From contig CAVPLT010000007.1 of the NCBI GenBank assembly GCA_963706325.1, forward strand, positions 576,001 to 640,000: a DNA stretch of 64,000 nt, read 5' to 3'. Under the pieces are notes generated by a model. It was not told the DNA's origin and made no database searches. It saw nothing but the letters and a program-made list of their open reading frames with translations. Below are positions 39,698-49,406 of the stretch, one piece after another. A program made the position numbers and the translations under genes. Source of the DNA: an uncultured Nitrospiraceae bacterium. GTDB lineage: Bacteria > Nitrospirota > Nitrospiria > Nitrospirales > Nitrospiraceae. Numbering within the stretch: the stretch's first letter is position 1; each line of letters starts with the position of its first letter.

Positions 39698-41512
39698 TTA
39701 CCTCGTCAGATGGTAAGGGACGTCGGTCAGGATGACACGATCTTTGAAGAGCAGGGCGCCCTTCAACATGAGGGCGCGTTGATTGTGAAGGATGTTTTGC
39801 CACCAGCGAGCCGGGAGAATTTCAGGAATGACGACGGTGACCCAACATTCCTCATCCTTCTTCAACACCTGCTCGATATATTCGAGCAGAGATCTCAGGA
39901 CCGAGCGATAGGGGGAGGGCAAGACCGCGAGCGGGACACCGCAGCCCCACTGAGCCCATTGAATCTCCACCCGCGCGGTTTCTTCCGGGTCGACATCGAC
40001 CAGCACGGCGCGAATATCTCCGGAGCGACTCCGTGCATAGTCTACAGCGCGAATGACCGCCCGATTGACCCCCCCGATGGGCAGCACGACAATATTGCGT
40101 CGCGGCATCGGGGGACGATGGTCGCGTGAGAGCGCGACCTGCTCGGACACCGCTTTGTAGTGAGCGCGAATGGCTCGAAAGAGCATGATCAACAGCGGGA
40201 TCAGGACGATGACGATCCAGGCCCCGTGCGTAAATTTCGTGCTCGCGATAATCAGCGTGGCGATCCCGGTAGTGACGGCGCCGATACCGTTGACGAGCAG
40301 TTTCTTCTCCCAATGCGGTCCTTTCTTCACCAGCCAACGTTTCACCATGCCGGCCTGCGCAATGGTGAAGGAGAGGAACACCCCTACCGCATAGAGAGGA
40401 ATGAGTGCGTGGGTATCACCGTGGAAGAGGACGATCAGCAGGCAGGAAAAGACGCCGAGGATGATGACGCCGTTTGAGAAGACCAGTCGATCGCCCATCA
40501 TCGACATCTGGTGCGGCATATACCCGTCGCGCGCCAGAATTGAAGCCAGGCGCGGAAAGCCGTTAAAACTGCTGTTGGCCGCCAGAATCAAGATCACCAT
40601 GGTCGCGCCCTGGACGAGAAAGTAGAGAGGGCCGGTCCCAAACGTGGCGCGCGCAATTTGTGACACCACGGTCTCGTCCGCCTTGGGCACAATGCCGAAG
40701 TAGTAGGCCATGACGCTGATGCCGACGAACAGTGTGCCAAGAATCGTTGCCGTGGCGATCATAGTGAGCGCAGCATTTTTCGGCTCGGGTTTCTGGAACG
40801 CCGAGACGCCATTGGAGATCACTTCTACACCGGTGAGGGCGGTACAACCGGAGGAGAAGGCACGAAGGAGGAGAAACAAAGTCAGCGGTTCTGTCACGGC
40901 GACATCGGCCAACGGTGCGAGAGGTGTCGCATGGGCGACAAGAACCTGCGCGGCGCCCATGCCAAGGAGGGTGATCATGGTTCCGATAAAAATATACGTC
41001 GGCACGGCAAAAAATTGGCCTGATTCGCGGACCCCGCGTAAATTGACGAGCAGCACGAGGACGATGGCCGCGAGGCAGAGCATGACGCGATAGGCAAGTA
41101 AGGAAGGGACGGCGGACGTCAAGGCAGCGATTCCGGCCGCCACGCTGACTGTCACCGTGAGAAGATAATCAATCATGAGTGCAGCGGCGGCGACGAGTCC
41201 CGGCCACTCGCCGAGGTTGGACTTGCCGACAATATAGGCGCCGCCGCCCTCGGGGTACTCAAAGATAATTTGCCGATAGGACATGGTCAGGATCGCCAGC
41301 AGGCCGATGATGGAGAGGCTGATCGGGATTGAATACGCCACCATGGCGGTGCCCGCCAGGGTCAGGACGAGAAGAATTTCCTCCGTGGCATAGGCCACCG
41401 AAGAGAGTGAATCGGACGAAAAGACGGCTAGGGCGAGTCGCTTAGAGAGGCGTTCGTGAGCGGCTTCCTTCGTCTTGAGTGGCAGGCCGACGAGCCAGCG
41501 TTTCAAGATCAT
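39698..41512 (-). CDS. APC family permease, KimA-like K+ transporter
   Basis: SSDSLSSVAYA, GGGAY, ALTGVEVISNG, AANSSFNGFPRL, LIPLYAVGVF, cytoplasmic domain with SPYR and LHNQ. Confidence 0.85.
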   Translation of the reverse strand: MILKRWLVGLPLKTKEAAHERLSKRLALAVFSSDSLSSVAYATEEILLVLTLAGTAMVAYSIPISLSIIGLLAILTMSYRQIIFEYPEGGGAYIVGKSNLGEWPGLVAAAALMIDYLLTVTVSVAAGIAALTSAVPSLLAYRVMLCLAAIVLVLLVNLRGVRESGQFFAVPTYIFIGTMITLLGMGAAQVLVAHATPLAPLADVAVTEPLTLFLLLRAFSSGCTALTGVEVISNGVSAFQKPEPKNAALTMIATATILGTLFVGISVMAYYFGIVPKADETVVSQIARATFGTGPLYFLVQGATMVILILAANSSFNGFPRLASILARDGYMPHQMSMMGDRLVFSNGVIILGVFSCLLIVLFHGDTHALIPLYAVGVFLSFTIAQAGMVKRWLVKKGPHWEKKLLVNGIGAVTTGIATLIIASTKFTHGAWIVIVLIPLLIMLFRAIRAHYKAVSEQVALSRDHRPPMPRRNIVVLPIGGVNRAVIRAVDYARSRSGDIRAVLVDVDPEETARVEIQWAQWGCGVPLAVLPSPYRSVLRSLLEYIEQVLKKDEECWVTVVIPEILPARWWQNILHNQRALMLKGALLFKDRVILTDVPYHLTR

Positions 41513-41643
41513 GCGTCATTATGCCTGAACTATCGGAAGAGAGACAATGGAGCAAGCAATGTCGTCGGCGTGCCCGAACATCGCAGGTGTGTACGTAGCG
41601 CGCAATTCACTCTCGGCAAGCAGTGAGCGAAGGGGTCAGGGGG

Positions 41644-41672
41644 TTGACAGAGAGGAGAGACTGCAGTAATGT
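41644..41672 (+). promoter_or_regulatory. Sigma70-type promoter of the multicopper oxidase gene
   Basis: TTGACA (41644-49), 17-nt spacer, TAATGT (41667-72). Confidence 0.55.
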
Positions 41673-41833
41673 TCAGCCCCTGTTTTCATACGGGTGCTCT
41701 GCGTCCGTCAACGACGCAGCTGTCGTGACGGAACAACTCAACTAGATGCCGAGGTAGTCTTATGGTTTTCTCCTAAACCGCTCATAACGCTTTCATCAAA
41801 ACCTTTCTCAACTCTATCCAAGGAGGCCGGTCC

Positions 41834-44800
41834 ATGGATTCTCATTGGTTCACCCGTGTTACAACACGCGCCCTCAGCGTCATCGCTGGCGGCGCCCTCG
41901 TGTGTCTGCCGCTGGCCGCATCGGCTGAGGATCAGCCGCATGCAAACCATGCGGCGCCGCAACAGACGGCGATGTCACATCAATTGCCGTCGTGGGCGGA
42001 GCAGCTCAAGGGACAGACGATCGTCGAGGACGCCATGGTTGGAAAGCCAGAGCGTTCTGCCATGGTTGAACAGCAACATCAGCGCATCATGGATCATTTG
42101 ACCCAGGATCCGCAGGTGCAGCAGGTGAATACGGGTATGTTCAATACCCAAACCATGATGCATCAGTACGGCGCGGGTGGTCAGGACCTTCTCTTGATGT
42201 CCGACCCCCGGGTGGAGCCGGTGGCATTGACAAGTGGCGGTAAGTGTCCGGCCACCGCTCCTGTGAGGCAGTACAATGTGTCCGCGATCAACGTCGAGAT
42301 CACGCTCAATCAGTGGCTCGATTTCTATCCTGGCTACATGTATACGCTGGATGAGAATCTCGACAAGGTGCGAGCGGAAGAAACGACAAATCGCGAAGCG
42401 CGTGAAAAAGAAGGATTCGATCCAGGTGCGGTGATTCCGGGTGTGCAGGCGCAGTGGATTCAGCCCCTGGCCATTCGCGGTAATCAGGGCGATTGCGTCA
42501 AGATCAAGCTGAGCAATAAGTTAGAAGGCGGGGAGGACGTGAGCCTGCATATCCACGGCTCCAGCATGGTTGTCAGCGCTACCGGTGCATCGGCCGCGAC
42601 GACCAATTCGGATTCGATTGTTGCAAAAGAGAAGAGTGGCGAGTTCGAGTGGTACATCCATCCCAGCACGCAGGAGGGGGTGCGGCAGTTCCACACCTTC
42701 GCCAACGATCGTGAATTGACGGTGATGGGACTCTTCGGTTCCTTCATTGTTGAACCCCGCGGATCTGAATATCTCGAACCATTAGGCACCGGTGATCCTA
42801 CACCAGCGACCAGTGGCTGGCAGGTCATTATCAAGAATGGAACCGGCCCAGATTTTCGGGAATTCGTTCTGATGTATCACGAAGTCGGCGACGAAGCCTT
42901 CCGCCCCGTCAATAAGAAGGGCGACTTTTTGCCACAGCGAGATCCGCTGACAGATGCCTATCGTCCGGGTGGCCGCGCGATCAACTATCGCAGCGAGCCC
43001 TTCGGGATCAATAACATGCATGTGCAACACGAATATTTCGGCTTCGAGGATGAGTCGATGGGGTACAGCTCCTATACCTTCGGCGACGCCTCTCCGACAA
43101 TCCCCCGTTCCTACATGGGGGATCCGGCCAAGTTTAGGCTGGTTCATGGCGGATCGGAAGTATTCCACAGCCACCATCCCCATGGTGGAACTATCCGGTG
43201 GCCGCGGAGTCCTCGGGCCATCGATGACATGAATCTCTGGTCTACCGCTCAGAACGGGCCGGTCAAGTATCCCGTCATCCGTGCCAAGACGGACCGTGTC
43301 GATGTGGAAGTGATTGGGCCGTCAGAAGCCTTGGACCTGGAAACGGAGTGCGGATCGGGCCTCTGCCAGCAATTGGCCGGCGACTTCCTCTTCCACTGTC
43401 ACGTGGCGCACCACTATGTGGCTGGTATGTGGGGCTACTGGCGCGTCTATAATACGATTCAGCAGGGCGACATGCGTAACGACGTCATGCCGGACATGCG
43501 CGAATTGCCGGATCGGAAGGGGCGTATCAGGGCTCCCATCACTTCAGATAAATTAGTCGGTCAGACAGTCGATTGGTTCGGCAAAGCCTTCAAGATCGTG
43601 GAAAAGGGCAAGAGTGATTGGAAGTCCAATCCGGCTACGATCACGATCAAGGACTGGGTTGAAATGCAGCTCCCGACCATGGGCAAGCCAGGGCACAAGA
43701 ATGATGAAAAGGGTCAGATTGTGTCCTATGACGCCACGGTGTTGGACTGGGCTTGGGAAGGCACGCGTGCCTTGAGCGAGACGGAAAGCACTATCGACAA
43801 TCCTAAGTACAAGTCGACCCATCCAGGCAAACGGCATCCGATCACGTTCGAGCCCTTGACCGGCAAAGTTGCCTGGCCCCATCTCACCCCGCACTTCGGT
43901 AAGCGCGTCATGTTCTCTCCGAATCATAGCGGGGCACCTTGGCTAGAAATGATCCGCCGGGAAGCGAATGGCGAGGAGAGCGTCGATCAGGCGTTACCGG
44001 GTGAGAATGGCAATTGGAGCCTCTGCCCTGAGAACGCTGGTCGGAAAAGCTTTAACGTTCACTTCATCAAGCTGCCGATTACTATAGCGAAAAAAACTGG
44101 CAAAGAACCGTCAGTCGTCGACCCGAATGGTTTGATTTATGTGTTACATGAAGAGGAAGCCGACATTCGGAAGAATGACGATCTGAAATATCCGTTGGTT
44201 GTTCGTGGCAACATCTATGATTGTGTAGACTGGACTTTGACCAGTGAATGGGACGACGACGACTATACCAATTTCCAATCGTCGAAGATCAACACCCACT
44301 GGCATTTCCTCCAGTTCGACAACCAGGCATCTGACGGTGTGATCACCGGCTTCTCGTATGAACAGTCTGTGCGTCCGTTCACGATGCTCGAAAAGAAGAA
44401 TCCGAAGGGACTGCCTGTCCCGATGAACACCGTGTTTACCGCGCCGGCCAAGAAGGGCGCAACCACCATCACGGTGAAGAACGCCAAGCAGTACCATGTT
44501 GGCACGTTGATCCTCGTTGGTGCCGACAATGTGAAGGGTAACGAAATTTCCCGCATCAAGGCCATCAACGGTAACACGATCACGCTGGCCAAAGGGCTGA
44601 AGCATGATCACCCTGCCAATGACATCGTGACGGTGGAATTCGTTCGGCAACGATTCTGGGTTGATGCGGATGTGGGGACGGTCTTTTGGCACGACCACGC
44701 ATTCGGAGCGACCACTTGGCCACACGGTGGTTTCGGGACCTTTATCGCGGAGCCGGTTGGATCGACCTATCATGATCCGAAAAGTGGAAAGGCGATTCGC

Positions 44801-46699
44801 AGCGGCCCCATCGCAGACATTCACACCAACGAGCCGGTCGGCCATGGAGTGAACAACAGCTTCCGTGAGTTGATGGTGCAAGTGCACGATACCGTGCCGC
44901 ATACCGTCAACGTTGTGACGGCCGGTAATCCTCCCGGGCAGCCGATCGAAGTGGCGCTGGAAGCAGGCAAGACCGTATCGTTTATGATGCCTGAGAAAAT
45001 CTACATGACACCGATGCCGTTCCTGAACGGTGGCACACACACCACCGGCAGCGGCTTGAATTTCAGGGCGGCACCGATCGCGCAGCGGTTGGCGACGAAC
45101 CCCGATGTGTCGCAGGCCTTCAGCAGTCTCGTGCATGGTGATCCCTACACGCCGACCTTGCGGGCCTATGTCGGAGATACGATGGTGTTCCGTCTATTGC
45201 ACACCCTCATGAACGAGACTATGACCTGGACGCTGTCCGGTCACACGTTCTGGAGTGAGCGGTATGCCTCGGATGCCAATCGAAAGAATTCCATCCATAT
45301 CGGTATCGCGGAGCGGTACGATTTGGTCGTTCCCGAAGCGGGTGGTTCGCGGCATCAAGCCGGCGACTACATTCACTTCAATGGCCGGTCTTCGAAATTC
45401 TCCGAGGGCGGGTGGGGAATCATTCGAGTGCTGGATAAGGAGCAAGCGGACCTGAAGAAGCTGCCAGCGGGCTTCTCGATCAAGGGCGACATCCCAAAGA
45501 CTCTGCCGGTGTGTCCTGCAGGGGCTCCGGTCAAGAGTTTCAATGTCGTCGCGATGGATTTCGCCGGAATGAAGTTCAACGCGAAGGCGCCGGACGAAAT
45601 TGAAGTGGACTTCGAGCGCAAGATCCTTCTCAGCAACTCGGAAGCCAAGATCTATGCGTTGGAAGAGGACACGGCGAAAGTTGCGGCCGGCACGCATCCG
45701 ATGCCGCTGACGCTTCGCGTCAATTCCGGTGACTGTGTGAAGGTCCATTTGAAGAATAAGATGAAAGACAGCAGAGCCTCCTTCTCTGCGATCGGCCTGG
45801 CCTTCGATCCGAAGGATTCCATGGGCGCGAATGTGGGGAACAACCCGGGTGACCAGACGATTGCCCCGGGAGGCGAGCGTGAATATACATATTACGCGGA
45901 TCCGTTCAACGGTGAGACGACGTCGCTGGTGTGGGATTGGGGCAATGTGATGACCAATCCACGGAACGGGCTGTTCGGCGCCGTGGTAGTTGGTCCAAAG
46001 GGATCGAAGTATCGTGACCCGAAGACCGGGGCGGATCTGACCAACAAGAACGCCTGGATGGCCGACGTCATCATCGACCGTTCGGTGCCGGGGAATGAAA
46101 TGCGCCCGAATTACCGGGACGTGGCGTTGTTCTTCCAAGACGAAGACAACATCATCGGCACGAGCTTTATGCCGTACGTTCAGAATGTGGCGGGTTTGAC
46201 CGGCGTGAACTATCGGTCAGAACCGTACAAGTTCCGCGAAGAACAGGGCTGCTCGTTAGGCAAGGTCTTCCAGCCTTGCAAAGCGGACAAGCCGGAGGAT
46301 CCTACGACTCCGATCGTGGAGGCGCATGCGGGTGATCCTGTCCGTATCCACGTATTGGGTGTCAGCAACGAACAGAATGGCATGTTCAGTGTCGAGAAGC
46401 ACGAATGGCCGATCGAGCCGTTTATGCGCGGAGCCGACCACATTAGCGTGGTTGAATTCTCCGGCTCCGAAGTGCTCGATGCCTTCCTCCCTTCGGCTGG
46501 CGGTCCGTATCGTCTGCCGGGCGACTATGTCTACAGCAATCAGCGATTGCCTTACTCGCAGTCTGGTCAGTGGGGGTATGTGCGGGTATTGCCATCGGGT
46601 GATACGCGACTGCTGCCATTGGCTGGGGCAAGCGCCGGCGCGAAGAGTGCCGCGGTTGAGCAACCGGCTGCGCACGCGATACCTGTCGCGGCAAAATAG
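41834..46699 (+). CDS. Very large exported multicopper oxidase (six cupredoxin domains)
   Basis: Signal peptide; Cu motifs HIH, HSHHPH, HCHVAHHYVAGM, HWH, WHDH; threefold internal repeat (FREFVL/FRELMV/YRDVAL and INYRSEP/LNFRAAP/VNYRSEP). Confidence 0.88.
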   Translation: MDSHWFTRVTTRALSVIAGGALVCLPLAASAEDQPHANHAAPQQTAMSHQLPSWAEQLKGQTIVEDAMVGKPERSAMVEQQHQRIMDHLTQDPQVQQVNTGMFNTQTMMHQYGAGGQDLLLMSDPRVEPVALTSGGKCPATAPVRQYNVSAINVEITLNQWLDFYPGYMYTLDENLDKVRAEETTNREAREKEGFDPGAVIPGVQAQWIQPLAIRGNQGDCVKIKLSNKLEGGEDVSLHIHGSSMVVSATGASAATTNSDSIVAKEKSGEFEWYIHPSTQEGVRQFHTFANDRELTVMGLFGSFIVEPRGSEYLEPLGTGDPTPATSGWQVIIKNGTGPDFREFVLMYHEVGDEAFRPVNKKGDFLPQRDPLTDAYRPGGRAINYRSEPFGINNMHVQHEYFGFEDESMGYSSYTFGDASPTIPRSYMGDPAKFRLVHGGSEVFHSHHPHGGTIRWPRSPRAIDDMNLWSTAQNGPVKYPVIRAKTDRVDVEVIGPSEALDLETECGSGLCQQLAGDFLFHCHVAHHYVAGMWGYWRVYNTIQQGDMRNDVMPDMRELPDRKGRIRAPITSDKLVGQTVDWFGKAFKIVEKGKSDWKSNPATITIKDWVEMQLPTMGKPGHKNDEKGQIVSYDATVLDWAWEGTRALSETESTIDNPKYKSTHPGKRHPITFEPLTGKVAWPHLTPHFGKRVMFSPNHSGAPWLEMIRREANGEESVDQALPGENGNWSLCPENAGRKSFNVHFIKLPITIAKKTGKEPSVVDPNGLIYVLHEEEADIRKNDDLKYPLVVRGNIYDCVDWTLTSEWDDDDYTNFQSSKINTHWHFLQFDNQASDGVITGFSYEQSVRPFTMLEKKNPKGLPVPMNTVFTAPAKKGATTITVKNAKQYHVGTLILVGADNVKGNEISRIKAINGNTITLAKGLKHDHPANDIVTVEFVRQRFWVDADVGTVFWHDHAFGATTWPHGGFGTFIAEPVGSTYHDPKSGKAIRSGPIADIHTNEPVGHGVNNSFRELMVQVHDTVPHTVNVVTAGNPPGQPIEVALEAGKTVSFMMPEKIYMTPMPFLNGGTHTTGSGLNFRAAPIAQRLATNPDVSQAFSSLVHGDPYTPTLRAYVGDTMVFRLLHTLMNETMTWTLSGHTFWSERYASDANRKNSIHIGIAERYDLVVPEAGGSRHQAGDYIHFNGRSSKFSEGGWGIIRVLDKEQADLKKLPAGFSIKGDIPKTLPVCPAGAPVKSFNVVAMDFAGMKFNAKAPDEIEVDFERKILLSNSEAKIYALEEDTAKVAAGTHPMPLTLRVNSGDCVKVHLKNKMKDSRASFSAIGLAFDPKDSMGANVGNNPGDQTIAPGGEREYTYYADPFNGETTSLVWDWGNVMTNPRNGLFGAVVVGPKGSKYRDPKTGADLTNKNAWMADVIIDRSVPGNEMRPNYRDVALFFQDEDNIIGTSFMPYVQNVAGLTGVNYRSEPYKFREEQGCSLGKVFQPCKADKPEDPTTPIVEAHAGDPVRIHVLGVSNEQNGMFSVEKHEWPIEPFMRGADHISVVEFSGSEVLDAFLPSAGGPYRLPGDYVYSNQRLPYSQSGQWGYVRVLPSGDTRLLPLAGASAGAKSAAVEQPAAHAIPVAAK

Positions 46700-46729
46700 A
46701 CAAGCCGAATCTCACGAGAGAGGCGCACG

Positions 46730-46761
46730 AAGGGGGGAGCCTGCAAAGGCTCCCCCCTTTT
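46730..46761 (+). terminator. Rho-independent terminator
   Basis: AAGGGGGGAGCCT-gcaa-AGGCTCCCCCCTT followed by TT. Confidence 0.85.
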
Positions 46762-46859
46762 GTTATGGCGTCTCCATTGTGTATGATGAAAACACGTGTT
46801 CAATGTTTTTGTGGATACTCTACGTAATCGACCACATTTTTATTAGTTGGAGGGATGAC

Positions 46860-47768
46860 ATGCGAATGGTCGGCTTTGCCCTGTTGTGTGCCATCGGTGC
46901 CTGCTGGTCGTCGTCGTGGGCCTATGACGAGATCCCGGTCACGGATGGCGGGAGCATTTCCGGTACAGTGACCATGATCGGGGGAAAACCCACCCCTAAA
47001 GGATATAACCTGATCACATTCCCTGACCCTGTCTATTGCGGCCGGATTTCTACCGGGACCGGATGGCGAATCCTTGACGAATTTGCCATGGGTGCCGGTA
47101 ACGGCCTCAAGGATGTAGTGGTCGTGCTCACCGACGCCACGAAGGGCAAACCGTTCAAGTTCGAACCCTTGACCATTGAAGCGCGCGATTGTCGGTTCCT
47201 TCCCTTTGTGACGGTGGTCAAAGACGGAGCAGATGTCGTCGTCATGAACATGGATCCGGTCATGCACGATATCCAGGCCTATGAAACGTCTCAATTGGGC
47301 CCTCGAGTCTTGTTTAATACGCCGCTGCCGATGAATCCCCATCATAAGCGCGTGGTGACCGCAGAGAGCCATGAACATTTGCCCGGCCAGCCGGTCAAGG
47401 AAGAGATTCATATGACCAAGGGCCGGCGTTTGTTTGTTATGCAATGTGGGTTTCATGCCTACATGGAAAGCTGGGGATTCGCGGTGGACAATCCCTACTA
47501 TTCCTTGACCGGCGACGGTGGGACGTTCACGTTGACGGATGTGCCGCCTGGTGAATACACACTGATGGCATGGCACCCCGGCGTTGGAACGACCTTGCAA
47601 AAGACTGTGACGGTTACGGGGAAAGATGTGACAACGGCCGATTTTTCGTTCGACGCGCCCAAGGGACGGCGAAGTGTCCATGAAATCGAAGAGAATCCAC
47701 ACTATGGGCCGGAGTCTTTAGGGAAAGTGGTCGATATTCGTCCCACCTTGCAGCGTCAAGTTCCGTAA
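46860..47768 (+). CDS. Exported cupredoxin/carboxypeptidase-regulatory-like domain protein (paralog 1)
   Basis: GGAGG RBS before ATG 46860; signal peptide; PVMHDI...MQCGFHAYM; FTLTDVPPGEYTLMAWHP. Confidence 0.8.
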   Translation: MRMVGFALLCAIGACWSSSWAYDEIPVTDGGSISGTVTMIGGKPTPKGYNLITFPDPVYCGRISTGTGWRILDEFAMGAGNGLKDVVVVLTDATKGKPFKFEPLTIEARDCRFLPFVTVVKDGADVVVMNMDPVMHDIQAYETSQLGPRVLFNTPLPMNPHHKRVVTAESHEHLPGQPVKEEIHMTKGRRLFVMQCGFHAYMESWGFAVDNPYYSLTGDGGTFTLTDVPPGEYTLMAWHPGVGTTLQKTVTVTGKDVTTADFSFDAPKGRRSVHEIEENPHYGPESLGKVVDIRPTLQRQVP

Positions 47769-47794
47769 TTTCTGCGCAAGAAAATGGGTGACAT

Positions 47795-48727
47795 ATGGCG
47801 CTGAGTCTATCCCGTGTGGTTCGCGTTGCTCTGCTTCTCGCTGCCGTCTGGCTCGGTTCTCTCGTTCCGCCAGCCGATTCCTATGACGTCGTAGTCGTTC
47901 AGCATGGGGGTACGGTCGAGGGTCAAGTCACCCTCGTTGGAGCCGTTCCGGAACCCAAGGGATTCAATCTGATTACCTTTCCCGACCCCACCTATTGCGG
48001 CCGGATCTCAAATGGGAAGGGTTGGCGTTTGCTGTACGACTTCACCGTTGCTTCCGACGGAGGGCTGAAAAATGCGATCGTCACGCTGGAAGGTGTCGAG
48101 TCAGGCAAACCGTTCGATCTTTCGGTGCCGTTGATCGAAGCGCGCGATTGTATCTTTCAGCCGTGGGTTACGATTGTACGGAATGGGCATGCGGTAGAGG
48201 TCGTGAACATGGATCCAGTCATGCACGACATTCAAGGTTATGAAACCTCCCTGGAAGCCGGCGCGCGGGTTCTGTTCAATACCCCCCTGATCCTCAATCA
48301 AAACCATCAACGGGGCAACATTCACGCCATTCATAATCATGCGCCGGGCAAGTCTTTGGTTGGCCCGATCTATTTGAACAAGGGACGCCGCACGTTTTAC
48401 ATGCAGTGCGGGTTTCACGCCTATATGGAAAGCTGGGCCATGGCTGTCAACAATCCCTATTATGCCGTGACGGACGACCAGGGCGCGTTCAAGATTGATG
48501 ATGTCCCACCTGGGATCTATCAGATGGTCGTGTGGCATCCGCAGTCTGGCCCGGGGGTGACGCGGACCATCACTGTCGTTCCGAATGGAAAGACAACGGA
48601 ACAGGTCGCCCTCCCGGCCCCGAAGGGGAACCGGACAGCCTATAGAGTCATGGAGAACCCTCGGTTCGGCCTGGAATCTCTTGGGCATCCCGTGGAGATT
48701 CTGCCGCTGGTGGAGCATCAACACTAA
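47795..48727 (+). CDS. Exported cupredoxin/carboxypeptidase-regulatory-like domain protein (paralog 2)
   Basis: Visibly homologous to 46860-47768 (NLITFPDP.YCGRIS.G.GWR, MQCGFHAYMESW). Confidence 0.8.
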   Translation: MALSLSRVVRVALLLAAVWLGSLVPPADSYDVVVVQHGGTVEGQVTLVGAVPEPKGFNLITFPDPTYCGRISNGKGWRLLYDFTVASDGGLKNAIVTLEGVESGKPFDLSVPLIEARDCIFQPWVTIVRNGHAVEVVNMDPVMHDIQGYETSLEAGARVLFNTPLILNQNHQRGNIHAIHNHAPGKSLVGPIYLNKGRRTFYMQCGFHAYMESWAMAVNNPYYAVTDDQGAFKIDDVPPGIYQMVVWHPQSGPGVTRTITVVPNGKTTEQVALPAPKGNRTAYRVMENPRFGLESLGHPVEILPLVEHQH

Positions 48728-48758
48728 TTTAGAACGAAGCGACCTCGCGCTGTGGATA

Positions 48759-49373
48759 TTGGCAAGTTGCTTCTCGCTGAGCCTATGTCTGGCTACCGGT
48801 CTTCGCGCAGCTGATCAACTGGACTCGCCCGAGCCGCCGATTGCTAAGCAGGCAGAGTTTTCAGGGACATTGGTGAAGCGGGTGGAAGGGCGTCGCTTCG
48901 AGGCTCAAGTGTATGCCAAGGGCGACCGACTGCGTCTGGAATATAAGTACGCCCTGAAGACGGACCTGGGATATTCCAGCATCGAAATTATTTGCTTGGA
49001 TAGAGGCGAATCTTGGTTCTTGTTGGCTCAGCGCCGCCAAATACTTCCTGTTCCTATTAAATCCGACGACATCCTGCCGATTCAACCGGGTCTCCCCGGA
49101 GAAGAAAGTAGAGCGCTGGTGGGTGATGCCACGACGATCGGTCGCCCGTCGAAACTCTACGAGGTGCGAGTGGATTATAACGGGCGGAACGAACGATTTT
49201 ATGAATGGGTGGATGTGGAAACAGGGGTTGTATTGAAATTGGTGAGCCAAGATCGAGAGTGGTCCGTAGAGTATCTGCGTATTCGATTCTCCCCCCAGCC
49301 AGCCTACTATTTTGACGAGCCGACGGGGTATAGGCGCTGGGTACCGACATCTACTTCACAAGAACGAGGGTGA
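48759..49373 (+). CDS. Hypothetical exported protein (LolA/DUF4412-like beta fold)
   Basis: Signal-like stretch followed by a beta-rich domain (KGDRLRLE, EWVDVETG, FDEPTGY); start uncertain. Confidence 0.55.
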   Translation: MASCFSLSLCLATGLRAADQLDSPEPPIAKQAEFSGTLVKRVEGRRFEAQVYAKGDRLRLEYKYALKTDLGYSSIEIICLDRGESWFLLAQRRQILPVPIKSDDILPIQPGLPGEESRALVGDATTIGRPSKLYEVRVDYNGRNERFYEWVDVETGVVLKLVSQDREWSVEYLRIRFSPQPAYYFDEPTGYRRWVPTSTSQERG

Positions 49374-49406
49374 TGCGCCGGGCCGCGACTCTCATTGAGG
49401 CATGCC

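Noticed and set aside
44144..46138. Long minus-strand ORFs (330 and 314 aa) inside the MCO gene
   Set aside because: Typical antisense ORFs produced by codon bias in GC-rich genes; no RBS or domain evidence.
46326..46859. N-terminal extension of ORF 46326-47768
   Set aside because: Overlaps the MCO gene and crosses its terminator; ATG 46860 has the RBS and signal peptide.
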